Source: a virus
DNA length: 64,000 bases
Virus record (IMG/VR): IMGVR_UViG_3300008050_000001
Span: 4,615 to 68,614 of that record
Reading direction: 5' to 3' (one strand)
The notes under the pieces were generated by a model. That model was not told where the DNA came from. It did no database searches and saw only the letters and a program-made list of their open reading frames with translations. Of this stretch, positions 36,789 through 45,700 are shown piece after piece (positions within the stretch are counted from its first letter, which is position 1; each line of letters opens with the position of its first letter). The position numbers and the translations under genes were made by a program.

Positions 36789-37180
36789 TTAATACAATGA
36801 AGACAGATATTACTGTCTTTGGGGAAGATTCTGTGTCTTCCACATTGAGGACACCTTTCTGCTAAGGTTCTCTCTTGAGCGGTCATACAAGACATTGGCC
36901 TCGTTTGTTCTATATCTTCTCGGTTGCTAATCAAATCACGCTTAATGTCGAATACCATGTGTTTTGTTTTGTTCCCGTTTAGTTTCTCTACCTTAGCAAA
37001 GCCTACTGATTCCAATTGAACATTCTTAGCAAGCACACTCGAAAGGCTGTTATCGCTCGGAACCTCTCTGAGAGAGCGTAATTTAGCAAGTTTTTCTGCT
37101 ATTTGTGTCCTTGTTAGAGGCCCTTCTACGAACAATATATCCACGACGAGCCGACGCAACCGCCTATTGTTCGCACTCAT
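36779..37180 (-). CDS. Winged-helix-like protein with C-terminal zinc finger
   Basis: GPLTRTQIAEKL...LSSVLAKN; CPQCG...CLHC. Confidence 0.65.
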   Translation of the reverse strand: MSANNRRLRRLVVDILFVEGPLTRTQIAEKLAKLRSLREVPSDNSLSSVLAKNVQLESVGFAKVEKLNGNKTKHMVFDIKRDLISNREDIEQTRPMSCMTAQERTLAERCPQCGRHRIFPKDSNICLHCIKGL

Positions 37181-37208
37181 CTACCACAGGCAGTTAATTG
37201 CGAGTATA

Positions 37209-37382
37209 TTATTGGTTGTTGAACGAAGATACCCAAGTCCACTCTTCTGTAGTGGGGGATTCTCCGCTACCGACAATACCTCTAAGCCAAATACGGAGTA
37301 AACCAACGCCGAGAGGGATGAAGAAATACGATATAGCAACTATCCAAAACGCGACCCAACAAGCCGCCGCACTTGCGGTCAT
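37209..37382 (-). CDS. Small membrane protein (not in ORF track)
   Basis: MTASAAACWVAFWIVAISYFFIPLGVGLLRIWL...; overlaps the upstream stop. Confidence 0.55.
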   Translation of the reverse strand: MTASAAACWVAFWIVAISYFFIPLGVGLLRIWLRGIVGSGESPTTEEWTWVSSFNNQ

Positions 37383-38023
37383 ATAGAATCCTCCGTTTGT
37401 ATTGTCTTCTTTACTCCTTTAGGTATCAAATCAGGAGCAACTTCTCTCAACTCATTAGCAACCTCTTGTGAATTGCGTATTATGAAGTCAATATACTGGT
37501 CGGATTCTCTAAACAAAGGATGAGAAGTTGGTTTTGTTTTCTTCCCTCCTACTTTAGCAACCTTAGGGTGTGGCTTAACACCAAACGCTACCAAGGCCCT
37601 TACATATTCATCAGGTAAAACCATGTTTGCCTTAGCAACCAAGTTCCAAAGCCGGTAATCTCTGATGTTAGAACAAGCCGCTAAAAGGTAGGGTATAGGA
37701 ACCCTCTGTAGTCGCTTTAGCAACATATCCCTCTGTGGGAATCTATAGATGCCCGAAATAGTTGTGTTGAAGTTCTCCTTTCTTTCTTCCCAATCAACAA
37801 CAACATTCCCCCCACTACCAAATGTTGGTTTTCTATTAGGTGTAATTACCAACCTATACTCAACAGAGGGTGCTAAATCAATTGCTTCTTCTAAGGACAT
37901 ATTGCCGCTTAGAGCGTATGTGACCCCCGCCCCTGTGGGGGGATACTTAAGTCTACCCTGCATATAGACAGTATCGCTGTCTGTATACCTATCAGGCTTG
38001 TTCGTGTAGATAACCACGCCCAT
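37379..38023 (-). CDS. Hypothetical protein
   Basis: 214-aa ORF within the operon. Confidence 0.6.
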   Translation of the reverse strand: MGVVIYTNKPDRYTDSDTVYMQGRLKYPPTGAGVTYALSGNMSLEEAIDLAPSVEYRLVITPNRKPTFGSGGNVVVDWEERKENFNTTISGIYRFPQRDMLLKRLQRVPIPYLLAACSNIRDYRLWNLVAKANMVLPDEYVRALVAFGVKPHPKVAKVGGKKTKPTSHPLFRESDQYIDFIIRNSQEVANELREVAPDLIPKGVKKTIQTEDSI

Positions 38024-38252
38024 TCTCTGTCCTCCTGTAGATTTTCTTACCTAACTTTTTTCTCGATTCTACCACGCCTTTAGCCTCAAACCCAGTTAGT
38101 ATTCTCGACACCGAGAATACTGTTAATCCACCTCTCGGTTGAGTGTTCAACTGTGATGCTAAGTCTAATAATTCACCTGCTGTGAACCATTCACTTCTCG
38201 CCCATTGTTTGACCGCCGCCGCGACCGCCTTCCGCCTATATGTCTTCGTCAT
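37992..38252 (-). CDS. Small winged-helix protein
   Basis: WFTAGELLDLA...TVFSVSRILTGFEAKGVVESRK..KIYR; start trimmed to the non-overlapping ATG. Confidence 0.65.
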   Translation of the reverse strand: MTKTYRRKAVAAAVKQWARSEWFTAGELLDLASQLNTQPRGGLTVFSVSRILTGFEAKGVVESRKKLGKKIYRRTENGRGYLHEQA

Positions 38253-38583
38253 CAGTTGGTGAGAATGGGTCATGGCTATAAACCCATCCCATGAATCTGC
38301 TCCATTGGGATTGAGAAAGGCCCCATATCTCTCTAACGGCCGACGCTGATACTCGGTATCTACCACTATACCATTGGTAGCCTCCCAAATGTAGGATACA
38401 AACTAACCCATCCTCTACCATCCTTTCTACTATCTTAGGGAACTCTGATTTGGGGATGGGGCGAGCAATCAGTTGGTTGAAGTGTGGCCTCCATCTAATC
38501 TTTTCTCCGGCCTCTCTATTCACCATAATAACACGCCTCCTTCCCTTCACAATCATGGAGGGGGTTTTGTATCTCCGCTCCAC
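38236..38583 (-). CDS. Hypothetical, possibly HTH protein (start uncertain)
   Basis: SAVREIWGLSQSQWSRF HTH-like segment. Confidence 0.5.
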   Translation of the reverse strand: MERRYKTPSMIVKGRRRVIMVNREAGEKIRWRPHFNQLIARPIPKSEFPKIVERMVEDGLVCILHLGGYQWYSGRYRVSASAVREIWGLSQSQWSRFMGWVYSHDPFSPTDDEDI

Positions 38584-38680
38584 AATGCTTACAGACGCAA
38601 GCGCACCAGTAGTCGTGCGCGAATGTTGCTAACTGGTTGCATTTATCACAAATGATGAACATAGCAGATGGATTCATCAT
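38516..38680 (-). CDS. Small zinc-finger protein
   Basis: CDKC...CKHCG. Confidence 0.45.
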   Translation of the reverse strand: MMNPSAMFIICDKCNQLATFAHDYWCACVCKHCGAEIQNPLHDCEGKEACYYGE

Positions 38681-38814
38681 ATCCACCCAAATACTTTCGC
38701 CAACACAACCAAAGACAGGATGATGTTCACCGCTGACCCGACAGTTCGATATAGAGCCAGTCGCGCAAAACGCTCTTCGCACCATTGTTCGGTTTCACTA
38801 TCAAGGCCATTCAT
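38677..38814 (-). CDS. Small membrane protein (not in ORF track)
   Basis: MNGLDSETEQWCEERFARL...VNIILSLVVLAKVFGWI*. Confidence 0.5.
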   Translation of the reverse strand: MNGLDSETEQWCEERFARLALYRTVGSAVNIILSLVVLAKVFGWI

Positions 38815-39431
38815 TCAACTACCTCGAACTCTACATCTATAGTAGGGGCTTTTAGTGCCGCTAATCGCAACTCCATTTGATTTAGCAACGCAGGTTCATC
38901 ACGCAGAACATCTACCAGCACACCCATAACACCGTTGATTTGTTGGTGGGCTAATAGCAACTGTGAATCAACCCCAATTTCCTTTTTCAATGTTCCAATG
39001 AGTTTGAGATTGGTATTTGCCGCCGCTACCAGTTTCGTTGCCTCGCCAATCCATTCTCTTGAAATCCCTTCTTGGTCTTTCTTTTGTTCCCACTCATCTA
39101 ACCATGATTGAATACGAGAGAAAACATCTTCCGCCATTTCTAAGGTAGTAATGCTTTCATCACGCAACTTCTCTATACGACCCGCCTCTTCGGGGTCATA
39201 TTCTATGTGTTCATTCATGTGTTCGGTGATAATACCACTCGCCCACCCATACTTTTCTTCCAAATAAGAGGGGGATTGAGTGCCTTTAGCAACGATATAT
39301 TCTATGTCTTTTCTTTGGTTGTGATTGCACAGGGGGCATTCGGGGCTTTCTAACACCCATTTTAGCACCTTGATTGTTTCAGGGTCCTCTTCATAGGCCA
39401 ACCTTTGCTCTATCAACCACTTTGATTTCAT
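38811..39431 (-). CDS. Zn/HTH DNA-binding protein with helical C-terminus
   Basis: CPLCNH..RKDIE...LEEKYGW...EHMNEH. Confidence 0.6.
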   Translation of the reverse strand: MKSKWLIEQRLAYEEDPETIKVLKWVLESPECPLCNHNQRKDIEYIVAKGTQSPSYLEEKYGWASGIITEHMNEHIEYDPEEAGRIEKLRDESITTLEMAEDVFSRIQSWLDEWEQKKDQEGISREWIGEATKLVAAANTNLKLIGTLKKEIGVDSQLLLAHQQINGVMGVLVDVLRDEPALLNQMELRLAALKAPTIDVEFEVVE

Positions 39432-39538
39432 AACCTATTCCTCTTCCCTACACCTTTCACATATTCCTATCCACAAATCATAAGTATGATTTTCACAATC
39501 TTTGTTTCCGCATTTTTTTGCTATTCTTCCGCTCAAGT

Positions 39539-39742
39539 TTATTCCTCTTCATCGGTAGTTTCGCTCTTTGCTAAATTAGCAAGTGTCTGCAAAACCCCTA
39601 TGTATCTAATTCCTTCGAGTGTTATATCAAGGCTAAGGTTGCCGTTTTCGGGGTCTATTCCGCAGTCCAATATCCTTGCTTTACCAAGGCAGTTATCTCT
39701 TGAAGACCACCTCGCAAACATAATCCATTTCCTATCGCTCAT
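39539..39742 (-). CDS. Hypothetical protein
   Basis: ATGA-type overlap within the operon. Confidence 0.5.
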   Translation of the reverse strand: MSDRKWIMFARWSSRDNCLGKARILDCGIDPENGNLSLDITLEGIRYIGVLQTLANLAKSETTDEEE

Positions 39743-39999
39743 TCCTCTTCTTCCCCCATTGCTAATTCATCTGCTAATGACCATAGGCTAATCGAATCTC
39801 TAGTCATTCCTACAACTACAAACCTCTTATCAATTCTCAATAACTGTCCTAACTCAGCCACGCTCGGCCTTCCGTGGTATTTCTTACCTCTACTATTGCG
39901 AACATTATCTATGAGTTCTATAGTGGTTGTTGGACCTGTGTTTAGCAGGTAATTCAAACAAGATTGGATGAAATGGACCCTTTTTCTACGCATTACCAT
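39739..39999 (-). CDS. Small winged-helix-like protein
   Basis: GPTTTIELID...PSVAELGQLLRIDKRFVVVG...SLWSL. Confidence 0.65.
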   Translation of the reverse strand: MVMRRKRVHFIQSCLNYLLNTGPTTTIELIDNVRNSRGKKYHGRPSVAELGQLLRIDKRFVVVGMTRDSISLWSLADELAMGEEEE

Positions 40000-41332
40000 T
40001 ACCCCATGTAGCGAACTCGTCGGGTTCCGGCGGCTTCTCTCCTATACGACAAGCAACCCCCCTTCTTCCTCTTTTACCAACTACCTTCGGGGTATATTCT
40101 TCATACCAAGACTCCCCCACAAGGTTTTCCTCTACCCACCTCTTAGCACTTTGATAATCACCGTTGGTGATTATTTTAGCAATCTCCTTTAGCATAGTAG
40201 ACTTTGGTATTTCTTGACCCCAATACATGGACTTAATCAGAGCAACATCAGCATCCATAACTGTCCTTCTCATTGCTAATGATTGTGATAGGATAAGTGA
40301 AAGCCGCTCATCAATATCAACGAGCAATGGTTTCCCTCCTTCGTAATCGGGTTGCATCATAGCATATCCAATTGCTAATCTTCTAAATAGGTCTGCTTCA
40401 AAGGACCTTACAGTATCTCGTAAAACCCATTCCTCGAACTTAGGGGAGAATGATACACTCGTTGGTGGAGTTAGTATAGCCTCTTCCATGCGCTTGAAGA
40501 ACCACGCTCTCATTTCCATAGCCTGTGTTGCTAAATCCGCTCTCTCTGATGGAGTCATGCGAGCCTGTTTGTTTTGTGCTATCTTGTATTCCAACTCAAT
40601 TGTAGGGGTCATCTCAATCTCTATGATGAAGAACCTACGGTCAAGACCCGACTCTAACTCAAACCTTGCAGGTTGCGTTCCCGCCCAACAAGTGTAGCGG
40701 GTGTTGTATCTAACCCAACCATGCCTCATACCCTTGTTTACTCTCCCACTATCAAGACTTGTTAGCAACTGGTTCTTCATATCCATACTATGGTCTTTCT
40801 TTGTAGCATCTGTTAGGGATGAGAACTCTTCAAACCCAAGGAACCCGCCGCATAACTCTCTTGCTACAGGTCTTCCGGCAACATAACCATCCTCATTTAC
40901 GCTACCAAATAATCCCGCCTCTGTGATAGAGTTAGCACCTATCATAGTCCTAAACCCAACACCATTGAACCCTTCGGGATTCCATAGTAGACCAGTTCCT
41001 TCTGCTAAGAATAAATCAATCAAAACATTCTTTCCTGACCCTTTCTTTCCTCGCATAAGGATATGCACTCTTGTGTCTGCAAGCCTACTCATAGGTGTGT
41101 ATATTGGGTTGTTTTCATGTCGCAAAGGACAATTGGGGATTGAGAAATACCCATCAACGGGGTTCTCAACTGTGAAATCGCAACGAGAGCATTTGTTTAT
41201 TGCATTGAATATGTGCGCCCCCACACTACAAATGAAGATTGGTAATTTATCATCAACTGCTACATAGTGGTTAGAATCACAGAACGACTGCAACTCATTG
41301 AATATGTCCGTCTTACTCTCGTTAGCCATCAA
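39986..41332 (-). CDS. mcm: MCM-like replicative helicase, AAA+ core only
   Basis: HILMRGKKGSGKN, ITEAGLFGSV, GGFLGFEEF and SGLDRRFF arginine finger. Confidence 0.75.
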   Translation of the reverse strand: MMANESKTDIFNELQSFCDSNHYVAVDDKLPIFICSVGAHIFNAINKCSRCDFTVENPVDGYFSIPNCPLRHENNPIYTPMSRLADTRVHILMRGKKGSGKNVLIDLFLAEGTGLLWNPEGFNGVGFRTMIGANSITEAGLFGSVNEDGYVAGRPVARELCGGFLGFEEFSSLTDATKKDHSMDMKNQLLTSLDSGRVNKGMRHGWVRYNTRYTCWAGTQPARFELESGLDRRFFIIEIEMTPTIELEYKIAQNKQARMTPSERADLATQAMEMRAWFFKRMEEAILTPPTSVSFSPKFEEWVLRDTVRSFEADLFRRLAIGYAMMQPDYEGGKPLLVDIDERLSLILSQSLAMRRTVMDADVALIKSMYWGQEIPKSTMLKEIAKIITNGDYQSAKRWVEENLVGESWYEEYTPKVVGKRGRRGVACRIGEKPPEPDEFATWGNGNA

Positions 41333-42063
41333 GTAAACATACCTCCAAGCCCCGAATCTGCTTCAAGCATCTCGCCCATATCCCACTCGGATTCGTATTC
41401 ATCATAAGAATCTTGCGCCTTATCTATGTCTACAGGCAGTTCTATCATAGAGAACAAGCCCACCCCATCAGCAAACATTTGTTGAGTCATTATTTGGTCT
41501 ATGCTTGCTCGGAAGAAGACAATAGTAGCATCAATCCCTCTTCGGTCTGCTAACCACGCGCTCACATACGCGAACATCGGAAGTATCTCATCAGTTAGGC
41601 TCCTGTATTGCTTGCTAAAATGGGTAGATTCGCTTTCGCTCTTTACTAGATACTTCTTTGGCTCCGCACAATAAATAGTAGATGTTGCTATTATCACAGA
41701 AGGAATAGATGGTTGCTCTGATACACGGTCCAATACTGACTCTACCGTTTCTCTAACAATAGGATAACCAAACAACCAATGATTGCCTCCCCCTATTGAA
41801 TGAAAGTCACGGAAGTTGATAACTAATGTTTTGCCGTGTTGGTAAACCACAGTTCCGAAATCAGAATCAGTATCAAAGAAAGGCATAACTCGACCCAGTT
41901 TGGATAGAACAGTAGCAATCCTGTTTCCCTCTTTCTCTATGTTGTCGGTTAGGATAGTGGGGATAGGGCATGGTTCTTGGGCGCACACAACAACTATTCT
42001 TGTTATCTCGCCCTCTATTTCCTTCTCCCAATAAATATCTACATCATTAGCACTCTCTCTCAT
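41329..42063 (-). CDS. Possible PAC2/PbaA-B-like proteasome chaperone homolog
   Basis: AWLADRRGIDATIVF...ELPVDIDKA...acidic tail ending GGMFT. Confidence 0.45.
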   Translation of the reverse strand: MRESANDVDIYWEKEIEGEITRIVVVCAQEPCPIPTILTDNIEKEGNRIATVLSKLGRVMPFFDTDSDFGTVVYQHGKTLVINFRDFHSIGGGNHWLFGYPIVRETVESVLDRVSEQPSIPSVIIATSTIYCAEPKKYLVKSESESTHFSKQYRSLTDEILPMFAYVSAWLADRRGIDATIVFFRASIDQIMTQQMFADGVGLFSMIELPVDIDKAQDSYDEYESEWDMGEMLEADSGLGGMFT

Positions 42064-42425
42064 TGTATCATCTCCTTCATTGCTTTGCGTAGCATTAGTG
42101 GGTATTTGTGTATGGGCCTTTTGGAAGCAATTGCTTTAGCGGCCGCTTCTTCCAAAGGAACAGCACCCCACAAATTAACCTGTCCTATTGTTGGTATATA
42201 CACTAGACCTACGGGTCGAAATAGAACACTTGTAGCCATAACTGCCGCTAACCTTCTTGAGTTAGTTCCATGATTCTGACCACGAATCTGTTTGTTCGTG
42301 TGGTAGGGGCGGGCATTAAAGCGACGCGCTAAGGCATCAGCAGTTGCCGGCCCTTCATCCTGTATTATCCTGTAAACAGTTTGTTGTAATCTCTTTGTTT
42401 GACCTGCTCTTCCGCTACCCATCAT
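42060..42425 (-). CDS. Winged-helix-like protein, paralog of 48089..48469
   Basis: GPATADALARRF...LAAVMATSVLF...LWGAVPLEE...KYP. Confidence 0.7.
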   Translation of the reverse strand: MMGSGRAGQTKRLQQTVYRIIQDEGPATADALARRFNARPYHTNKQIRGQNHGTNSRRLAAVMATSVLFRPVGLVYIPTIGQVNLWGAVPLEEAAAKAIASKRPIHKYPLMLRKAMKEMIQ

Positions 42426-42444
42426 ACCTATGGTATGTGGCTGT

Positions 42445-42456
42445 CCGTATAAACCC
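42445..42456 (-). promoter_or_regulatory. Archaeal TATA-box promoter GGGTTTATA heading the replication arm
   Basis: About 25 nt upstream of ATG 42425; same core at 29347, 32734, 35220, 36775 and 43835. Confidence 0.7.
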
Positions 42457-42459
42457 GCT

Positions 42460-42625
42460 TATTCTTTCTATTGTTTCTGCTCATTTTAGACCATATTACT
42501 GCGGAGCAGTATCACCTTTTTTCTATTCTTTCTATTGTTCAAGGGGTATATCAGGGAGTTATACTAATGTATATTCCCTAAATGTCCTATAGAGAATAGA
42601 AAGAATTAGCAAATCGCTTTACTGC
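42460..42625. repeat. Imperfect palindromic element A (homolog of the 61-kb element)
   Basis: 16-bp direct repeat at 42460 and 42524, inverted 12-mer at 42595, and GCAGTA...TACTGC arms. Confidence 0.7.
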
Positions 42626-43383
42626 TAAGTTGTAATTTGGTTTTTCTTTTCTTCCAATAACTGAAAGAATAACTCATTCTCTAATATATCGACCTCTTCG
42701 TCAAACATCCCGAACCTTAGGTTTTGGTGACCCAAAACATCCTCTACCTTTGCTAACTCATCCGATGTTCTTACTGCATACATTTGCGCTTCGTCTATCT
42801 TGTTGAATACCTTGCCCTTTAGGGGTCTAACGCCATAACCTATCGTATAAACAAAGTATTTGTTGGTGCATTTGCTTTCTAAGATAGCAACATAATACCT
42901 TGTAGCGTCAAAAAGAGTCAGTTCCGACATTCCTGTGTATTCCTTACTGGCTATCGGTATGTTGCTAAGTGGCTTCTTGATTGCTCTTGCTAACCCATTA
43001 TCTTCTATCTTGAACCCAACAAAGGCTTCATCACTCTCTACTAAGAACCATCCAACCTCTTCTAAGAAGGACATTGTTTCTGTATCGTAGAACTCATATC
43101 CTTTCATAACCGAATTGATTGGTATTCTTGGTAAATTAGGCTGGATTGCGTCTAAGAACTCCCATACAGCACTATAACCAACCAATTTTAGCAATGTTTC
43201 CCCACATCTAAGGGTCAAATAGGGTGAGAATCTGCGCCTCTTTCTTTCCTCTCTTGGGTTGTTTATCTTTCTCCATGCTTTGAAATCTACAACTTCTATC
43301 AAATCCGGTGTTGTGAGTAGGAAGTTCCCACCGAATAGCAACGGGTGTCGCATATACCGAGTAGGTATCTGCGGATATATCAC
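42625..43383 (-). CDS. Hypothetical protein
   Basis: 252-aa ORF. Confidence 0.65.
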   Translation of the reverse strand: MIYPQIPTRYMRHPLLFGGNFLLTTPDLIEVVDFKAWRKINNPREERKRRRFSPYLTLRCGETLLKLVGYSAVWEFLDAIQPNLPRIPINSVMKGYEFYDTETMSFLEEVGWFLVESDEAFVGFKIEDNGLARAIKKPLSNIPIASKEYTGMSELTLFDATRYYVAILESKCTNKYFVYTIGYGVRPLKGKVFNKIDEAQMYAVRTSDELAKVEDVLGHQNLRFGMFDEEVDILENELFFQLLEEKKNQITT

Positions 43384-43599
43384 GGTTTGCCTATCTGTTG
43401 TTCTTCTATGAGCCGTTTTTTTTTCGCTCTCATAGGAATCTAAAGGTGGGGGATAGCAACGGGCGCAATTGTCTAATCTCTCTCCGACCCTTCTTGGCTT
43501 ATCCTACTTTTATACGGCTCTGCGGGATGCCGTCATCCCTATACTGCGGGTAATTAGTTCCGCATTTAGATTTACACCGAACATGGTTTAGGTTTTGGG

Positions 43600-43806
43600 C
43601 TAACACCTTGATAGCACATAGAGTGCTTTCGTTAGCCACGCCAGTTCTTTAGTTGCTATTCCCCCTTTTTGTGTGGTGGTAGTAGAGAAGGAGCGACTCT
43701 TGACGAAAGACTTACTGAAACAATGTGTGACTAACAATCGGCCTTTTCTGCTCATGTCCAAAGCAAATACGGCCCCTCGGTTAGTTATGATAGCAACCTT
43801 CTCCAA
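43600..43806 (-). CDS. Hypothetical protein
   Basis: GGAGGT SD and an upstream TATA box. Confidence 0.55.
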   Translation of the reverse strand: MEKVAIITNRGAVFALDMSRKGRLLVTHCFSKSFVKSRSFSTTTTQKGGIATKELAWLTKALYVLSRC

Positions 43807-43816
43807 CTACCTCCAA

Positions 43817-44023
43817 TTATTCCTTGGTTTGGTTCTCCCTATAAACCCGTAAGCAATCGGGGCATTTTTGTCGCAGGTGTGTTAGTGAATCGTCAAGGTA
43901 TTCCTTTGGAAAAGTTGACTCATAGTCTTGCATCTTTTCATTCCATTTAGAGTCATATTTGAATCCACAAATGGGGCCGTTCCCACTATCAAAATGTAGC
44001 AACGGTGGCTCGCCTTTACTCAT
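43817..44023 (-). CDS. Small zinc-binding protein
   Basis: H..ICG...CPDC. Confidence 0.55.
   Translation of the reverse strand: MSKGEPPLLHFDSGNGPICGFKYDSKWNEKMQDYESTFPKEYLDDSLTHLRQKCPDCLRVYRENQTKE
43835..43848 (-). promoter_or_regulatory. TATA-box promoter GGGTTTATAGGGAG
   Basis: Third identical copy; upstream of ORF 43600..43806. Confidence 0.65.
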
Positions 44024-44318
44024 TCAACCACTCCATCTCAAACAACTTTGGCCTTCGGCGGGTATACCTTTCTCGTTGGCTATCTTCCATAGCCGCCCAT
44101 ACTGCGTTAGCACAAGTTAGACTTGGGTCTGCTAAGACGCTACTTGCTATTTGAACAGGTGCTGATACGATGCTTCTCGCTATTACCCAAACGCCTATCT
44201 TGTCTAATAGACAAAACCATTCCTCTTCCGAATAGGTGGCGTTGCTTTCTTCATACCTAACTAATACTTCACTACCACGGATTTTCTTTATCTTCCCGTT
44301 CTTTGCTATGTATAGCAA
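44016..44318 (-). CDS. Hypothetical protein
   Basis: Overlapping operon ORF. Confidence 0.55.
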   Translation of the reverse strand: MLYIAKNGKIKKIRGSEVLVRYEESNATYSEEEWFCLLDKIGVWVIARSIVSAPVQIASSVLADPSLTCANAVWAAMEDSQRERYTRRRPKLFEMEWLNE

Positions 44319-44346
44319 TCCATTAGTTGGTAATACCTGATACTTC

Positions 44347-44724
44347 TCATACTTGCTCAGGTGAGAACCCCTCCCATTCTAAGGCATCTCCGCTAATAAT
44401 CCAATCTTCGTAAGCAAGTTCTTCTGCGTAATCATACACCGAAGTTAGCAACCTATCCCCTTCTCTCTCAGGAATACCTGTGTCTTCCCATACCTCTCTC
44501 CGAGGCTCGCGTTGGCCGTCATACCCAGTATACCCAGTTAGCACCCATAGTGTGCCTGTATCTCTGTTCGTATCATACGCCAAATGTGTTTTATCCCATC
44601 CATGCGAGCGCATGAAGTCCTCAGCCATACCATCCCATATTTCTGCGGTCCACTCCATCCTTTCATCGGCCATTTCGTAATACCAAATGTGTTCTAGCAA
44701 CTCATCTGTTAGTGTTCCTTTCAT
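44347..44724 (-). CDS. Acidic hypothetical protein
   Basis: 125-aa D/E/W-rich ORF. Confidence 0.6.
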   Translation of the reverse strand: MKGTLTDELLEHIWYYEMADERMEWTAEIWDGMAEDFMRSHGWDKTHLAYDTNRDTGTLWVLTGYTGYDGQREPRREVWEDTGIPEREGDRLLTSVYDYAEELAYEDWIISGDALEWEGFSPEQV

Positions 44725-44873
44725 TCCGCTCGTTCCTCCGCCTCTTTTGTGATAGCGTTTAGCAACTTTGTTGCTCTTGACTTAATGGCCTTGGATGCGC
44801 TCGCGCTTGCTAAGTGCTTGCAGACCTGCCCCATATCTCGCTCTGCTTGAAAGTAATCCCAATCACTACTCAT
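44721..44873 (-). CDS. Small hypothetical protein (not in ORF track)
   Basis: MSSDWDYFQAERDMGQVCKHL...; overlaps both neighbours. Confidence 0.5.
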   Translation of the reverse strand: MSSDWDYFQAERDMGQVCKHLASASASKAIKSRATKLLNAITKEAEERAE

Positions 44874-45201
44874 CTACTATCCCAACTCCTTCGTCTTCAC
44901 CATTGACTATCTCAATTGGTATTCCGAGCGATTGAACTATGCGCCATTCGCTACCATACACGGTGAAGATTGTTCCACTCTTCATGTGTATATCCACCAA
45001 TGTTGCTTCGGTGTTCTTCGAGTTGGTTGTTATTGCGCTAACATCATCCAACCGCAGGTAAGTGCTACCGCTCGTTGTTTTGATAGGCCCAATAAGGCTT
45101 CCTCTTGCTATTTTTCTTTCGTTTCTATCCATGTTCTCATTCCTCTGTTTGTCCTCATTTATCACCCGTCGGGGGATGGGATATAAACACTCCATCCACA
45201 T
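44866..45201 (-). CDS. Hypothetical protein (true start probably downstream, near MDRNE)
   Basis: YLRLDDVSAI...IHMKSG beta domain. Confidence 0.55.
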   Translation of the reverse strand: MWMECLYPIPRRVINEDKQRNENMDRNERKIARGSLIGPIKTTSGSTYLRLDDVSAITTNSKNTEATLVDIHMKSGTIFTVYGSEWRIVQSLGIPIEIVNGEDEGVGIVDE

Positions 45202-45700
45202 TGTAGGGTAAATCTCTAATGTCTGTATCTGTTAATGCAGGGTGCGTTAGCAAGTGACTTATGTTTAGCAACCACGCATCGCCGTGAGAACGGAGGGTAT
45301 GCTCTTCCATTGCTCGGTTGATGTAATCCTCTACTACTTCTTTCGACAGGCAGTTCACCTTTGCTAAATGTCTAATGGTTCTGCTTCCGGCCCCTACAGA
45401 GAGGCTTCTGCCTATGTGCTTCGCTTGGTGGCAAAGCGGGCATAATGCCTGTAGCCTTTGTAGTGTCTGAATCCTATGCTCGTCGTCGTATGACCATACT
45501 TCGTGGGCTTCTACTCGGTGCTTTCTACCCTGTGCTAATCCGTCGCTACCGCAAACCTCGCATTGGTAGTCTGCCTCTTTGTATGTTGCTGTTCGCAACC
45601 TATCCCATGTGCAACCTCTAAGCAGACCCCTTAGGTTGTTTCCATAGGAGTTGCTAGGTATCAATTCGATACTCAATTTTACTGTGTCGTGGTCTACCAT
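45155..45700 (-). CDS. HNH endonuclease family protein
   Basis: IELIP..N.R, CEVCG, EAHEVWSY and LCPLCHQAKH. Confidence 0.85.
   Translation of the reverse strand: MVDHDTVKLSIELIPSNSYGNNLRGLLRGCTWDRLRTATYKEADYQCEVCGSDGLAQGRKHRVEAHEVWSYDDEHRIQTLQRLQALCPLCHQAKHIGRSLSVGAGSRTIRHLAKVNCLSKEVVEDYINRAMEEHTLRSHGDAWLLNISHLLTHPALTDTDIRDLPYNVDGVFISHPPTGDK

Noticed and set aside
29346-41332. Inteins or introns in PolB, RFC or MCM
   Set aside because: Protein lengths are compact and no intein termini or LAGLIDADG inserts were seen.
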